From: Candidatus Latescibacterota bacterium
GTDB taxonomy: Bacteria > Latescibacterota > UBA2968 > UBA8231
DNA: 64,000 nucleotides
NCBI GenBank assembly: GCA_965197905.1
Contig: CBDAOB010000004.1
Location: 416,001-480,000 of the forward strand
Direction: 5' to 3'
The translations under genes were made by a program, and so were the position numbers. Under the pieces are notes generated by a model. It ran no database searches. It saw nothing but the letters and a program-made list of their open reading frames with translations, and had not been told where the DNA came from. Shown piece after piece: positions 61,819 to 64,000 of the stretch; within the stretch, counting starts at the first letter, position 1, and the number at the start of each line of letters is the position of its first letter.

Positions 61819-64000
61819 GTGAACATCGACAGATATACTCATAAGTCACAGGAAGCCATCCAGGAAGCGCAGATGAAGGCGCTTCGTTTCGGGCACGCCG
61901 AGGTGGACTGCGAGCATCTGCTCCTGACCCTATTGGAGCAGCAGCAGGGAATTGTGCCGCGCATTCTCGAGCGAATGGAAGTCGATGTCCCCTCTTTTGA
62001 GCTCGAGTTGGAAACAGAGTTGCAGAAAAGACCACGGGTGTCGGGCTCGGGCATCGAGGCCGGAAAAACCTATGTCACCAGGCGCATGCAAGAGTTGCTG
62101 TTGAAGGCGGAAGACGAAGCCAAACGCATCAGGGACGAATACGTCTCCGTTGAACACCTGGCACTGGCTCTTCTGAATGGAGGTTCTGACGCACTTGCGG
62201 GGCGCCTGTTCCGGAAGTATGGCGTCGATCGCGACCGTTTTGTCGCGACGCTGTCGGAGGTGCGCGGCAACCAACGCGTAACCAGCGACAACCCTGAGAC
62301 TGCTTACGAAGCCCTGGAGAAATACGGAGCGGATCTGGTCGCACAGGTCAGAGCTGGCAAAGTGGATCCGGTCATCGGACGCGACGGCGAGATCCGCCGG
62401 GTGATCCGCATCCTCTCTAGAAAAACAAAAAATAACCCTGTTCTCATCGGCGAGCCCGGGGTCGGAAAGACCGCTATCGTCGAAGGTTTGGCGCAGCGCA
62501 TCGTGCGGGGCGATGTACCCGAATGGATGAAGGATCGCACGGTCTTCTCCCTCGATATGGGTGCCTTGATGGCTGGTGCAAAATACCGCGGCGAGTTTGA
62601 GGAACGGCTCAAGGCGGTGTTGAACGAAATCAAACAAAGCCAAGGTCGCATTCTGCTTTTCATCGATGAGCTGCACACGATCGTGGGAGCCGGTCGCACC
62701 GAAGGCTCCACCGATGCCGGGAATATGCTGAAGCCGATGTTGGGTCGAGGAGAGCTTCATTGCATCGGGGCCACGACTCTGGACGAGTACCGGCAACACA
62801 TTGAGAAAGACGCCGCCCTCGAGCGTCGCTTTCAACCAGTGGTCGTCGACGCGCCCTCAGTCGAGGACTCCATTTCCATCCTGCGCGGGCTGCGGGAACG
62901 ATACGAAGTCCATCACGGGGTGCGCATCCAGGACAATGCCCTGGTTGGCGCCGCCGTACTCTCGAACCGGTATATCTCCGACCGTTTCCTGCCCGACAAA
63001 GCGATCGACTTGGTGGATGAGGCCTGCGCCATGGTGCGCACGGAAATCGACTCGATGCCTGCCGAGCTGGACGAGGTAACGCGAAGGGTAATGCAGCTGG
63101 AGATCGAAGAAGCAGCCCTAAAGAAGGAGAAAGACACATCCAGCAAGGAACGACTGGCGCATCTGCGCAGAGAGCTGGCCGATCTGCGGAGCCAGGCAGG
63201 TGCCATGCAATCACAATGGGAACAGGAGAAGGCCTCCATAGGCAAGGAGCGTTCGATCCGCGAACAGATTGAGCAGATACGACGCGAAGTAGAGACGGCA
63301 ACTCAGCGTTACGACCTCGACAAGGCCGCCGAGCTCAAACACGGCGTGCTGCCCGACCTAGAGGCGAAGTTGAGCGGTCTCTCCGCTAAGGACGACGAAA
63401 ACGAGACAGGCCCGCGCTTGCTGCGCGAGGAGGTAACCGAGGAGGAGGTGGCCGAAATTGTCTCCCGGTGGACCGGGATCCCGGTCACTCGGCTGGTAGA
63501 GGGTGAGCGCGAGAAGCTGCTCCGCCTCGACGAGGTCTTGCACGAACGTGTCGTCGGCCAGGACGAAGCGGTCAACCTGGTGACGGACGCGGTGATTCGC
63601 GCCCGTGCCGGCATCAAAGATCCGCGGCGGCCCATCGGTTCCTTCATCTTCCTTGGCCCAACCGGCGTAGGCAAGACGGAGCTCGCCAAAACCCTCGCCC
63701 GCACCCTGTTTGACTCGGAAGAAAACATGGTGCGCATCGACATGAGCGAATACATGGAGAAACACGCCGTCTCGCGCCTGATCGGGGCGCCTCCCGGCTA
63801 CATCGGTTACGAAGAGGGAGGTCAACTTACCGAGGCGGTGCGGCGCAAACCGTATTCGGTGATCCTGTTCGACGAAATCGAGAAGGCCCACTACGACGTG
63901 TTCAACGTGCTCCTGCAGCTGCTCGATGACGGGCGGCTCACCGATGCTCAGGGCCGCACTGTCGATTTCAAGAACACGGTCGTCATCATGACGTCGAACA
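61819..64000 (+). CDS. clpB: ATP-dependent chaperone ClpB (3'-truncated by the window edge; absent from the ORF track)
   Basis: GTG AAC ATC GAC = [28 protein letters not shown], coiled-coil middle domain, [15 protein letters not shown]; the start and the final codons at the window edge are in the same frame. Confidence 0.96.
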   Translation, partial: MNIDRYTHKSQEAIQEAQMKALRFGHAEVDCEHLLLTLLEQQQGIVPRILERMEVDVPSFELELETELQKRPRVSGSGIEAGKTYVTRRMQELLLKAEDEAKRIRDEYVSVEHLALALLNGGSDALAGRLFRKYGVDRDRFVATLSEVRGNQRVTSDNPETAYEALEKYGADLVAQVRAGKVDPVIGRDGEIRRVIRILSRKTKNNPVLIGEPGVGKTAIVEGLAQRIVRGDVPEWMKDRTVFSLDMGALMAGAKYRGEFEERLKAVLNEIKQSQGRILLFIDELHTIVGAGRTEGSTDAGNMLKPMLGRGELHCIGATTLDEYRQHIEKDAALERRFQPVVVDAPSVEDSISILRGLRERYEVHHGVRIQDNALVGAAVLSNRYISDRFLPDKAIDLVDEACAMVRTEIDSMPAELDEVTRRVMQLEIEEAALKKEKDTSSKERLAHLRRELADLRSQAGAMQSQWEQEKASIGKERSIREQIEQIRREVETATQRYDLDKAAELKHGVLPDLEAKLSGLSAKDDENETGPRLLREEVTEEEVAEIVSRWTGIPVTRLVEGEREKLLRLDEVLHERVVGQDEAVNLVTDAVIRARAGIKDPRRPIGSFIFLGPTGVGKTELAKTLARTLFDSEENMVRIDMSEYMEKHAVSRLIGAPPGYIGYEEGGQLTEAVRRKPYSVILFDEIEKAHYDVFNVLLQLLDDGRLTDAQGRTVDFKNTVVIMTSN

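Overview
GC-rich (about 60%) chromosomal segment of a diderm bacterium. Several secreted proteins carry a paired EF-hand/dockerin-like 'DFxDFFxFADxFG' module, which suggests Ca. Latescibacterota or a related FCB-group lineage (inference). Housekeeping genes: pncB/pncA/gdh, glnE/glnB, fhs, hpt, recA, prmC/prfA/rpmE/rho, dnaG, tRNA-Ile2(CAT) and clpB, which runs off the right edge. Envelope loci: a TonB receptor with a DUF4249-like lipoprotein; two parallel export operons built from a LolA-like protein and an OM beta-barrel, one ABC-driven and one MMPL-driven; and a tandem of three acidic dockerin-tagged surface proteins. There is also an acid-sugar-type catabolic patch (two enolase-superfamily dehydratases and a LarA-like enzyme). 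Signals the ORF track hides: (1) an exported peroxiredoxin-like selenoprotein with a UxxC motif, an in-frame TGA at 37302-37304 and a SECIS hairpin; (2) a ~5.2 kb tyrosine-integrase island on the 5' side of tRNA-Ile2, with arm-type repeats at both ends, carrying a complete integron gene cassette (attC plus an attI-like site) but no intI; (3) tandem Fibrobacter-type LexA-box candidates over the recA promoter; (4) a 167-bp palindromic MITE bounded by CTAG; (5) a perfect 17-bp inverted repeat around a -35 hexamer; (6) at least six accessory genes broken by one stop or frameshift each. No CRISPR array, rRNA, reverse transcriptase or transposase was seen.
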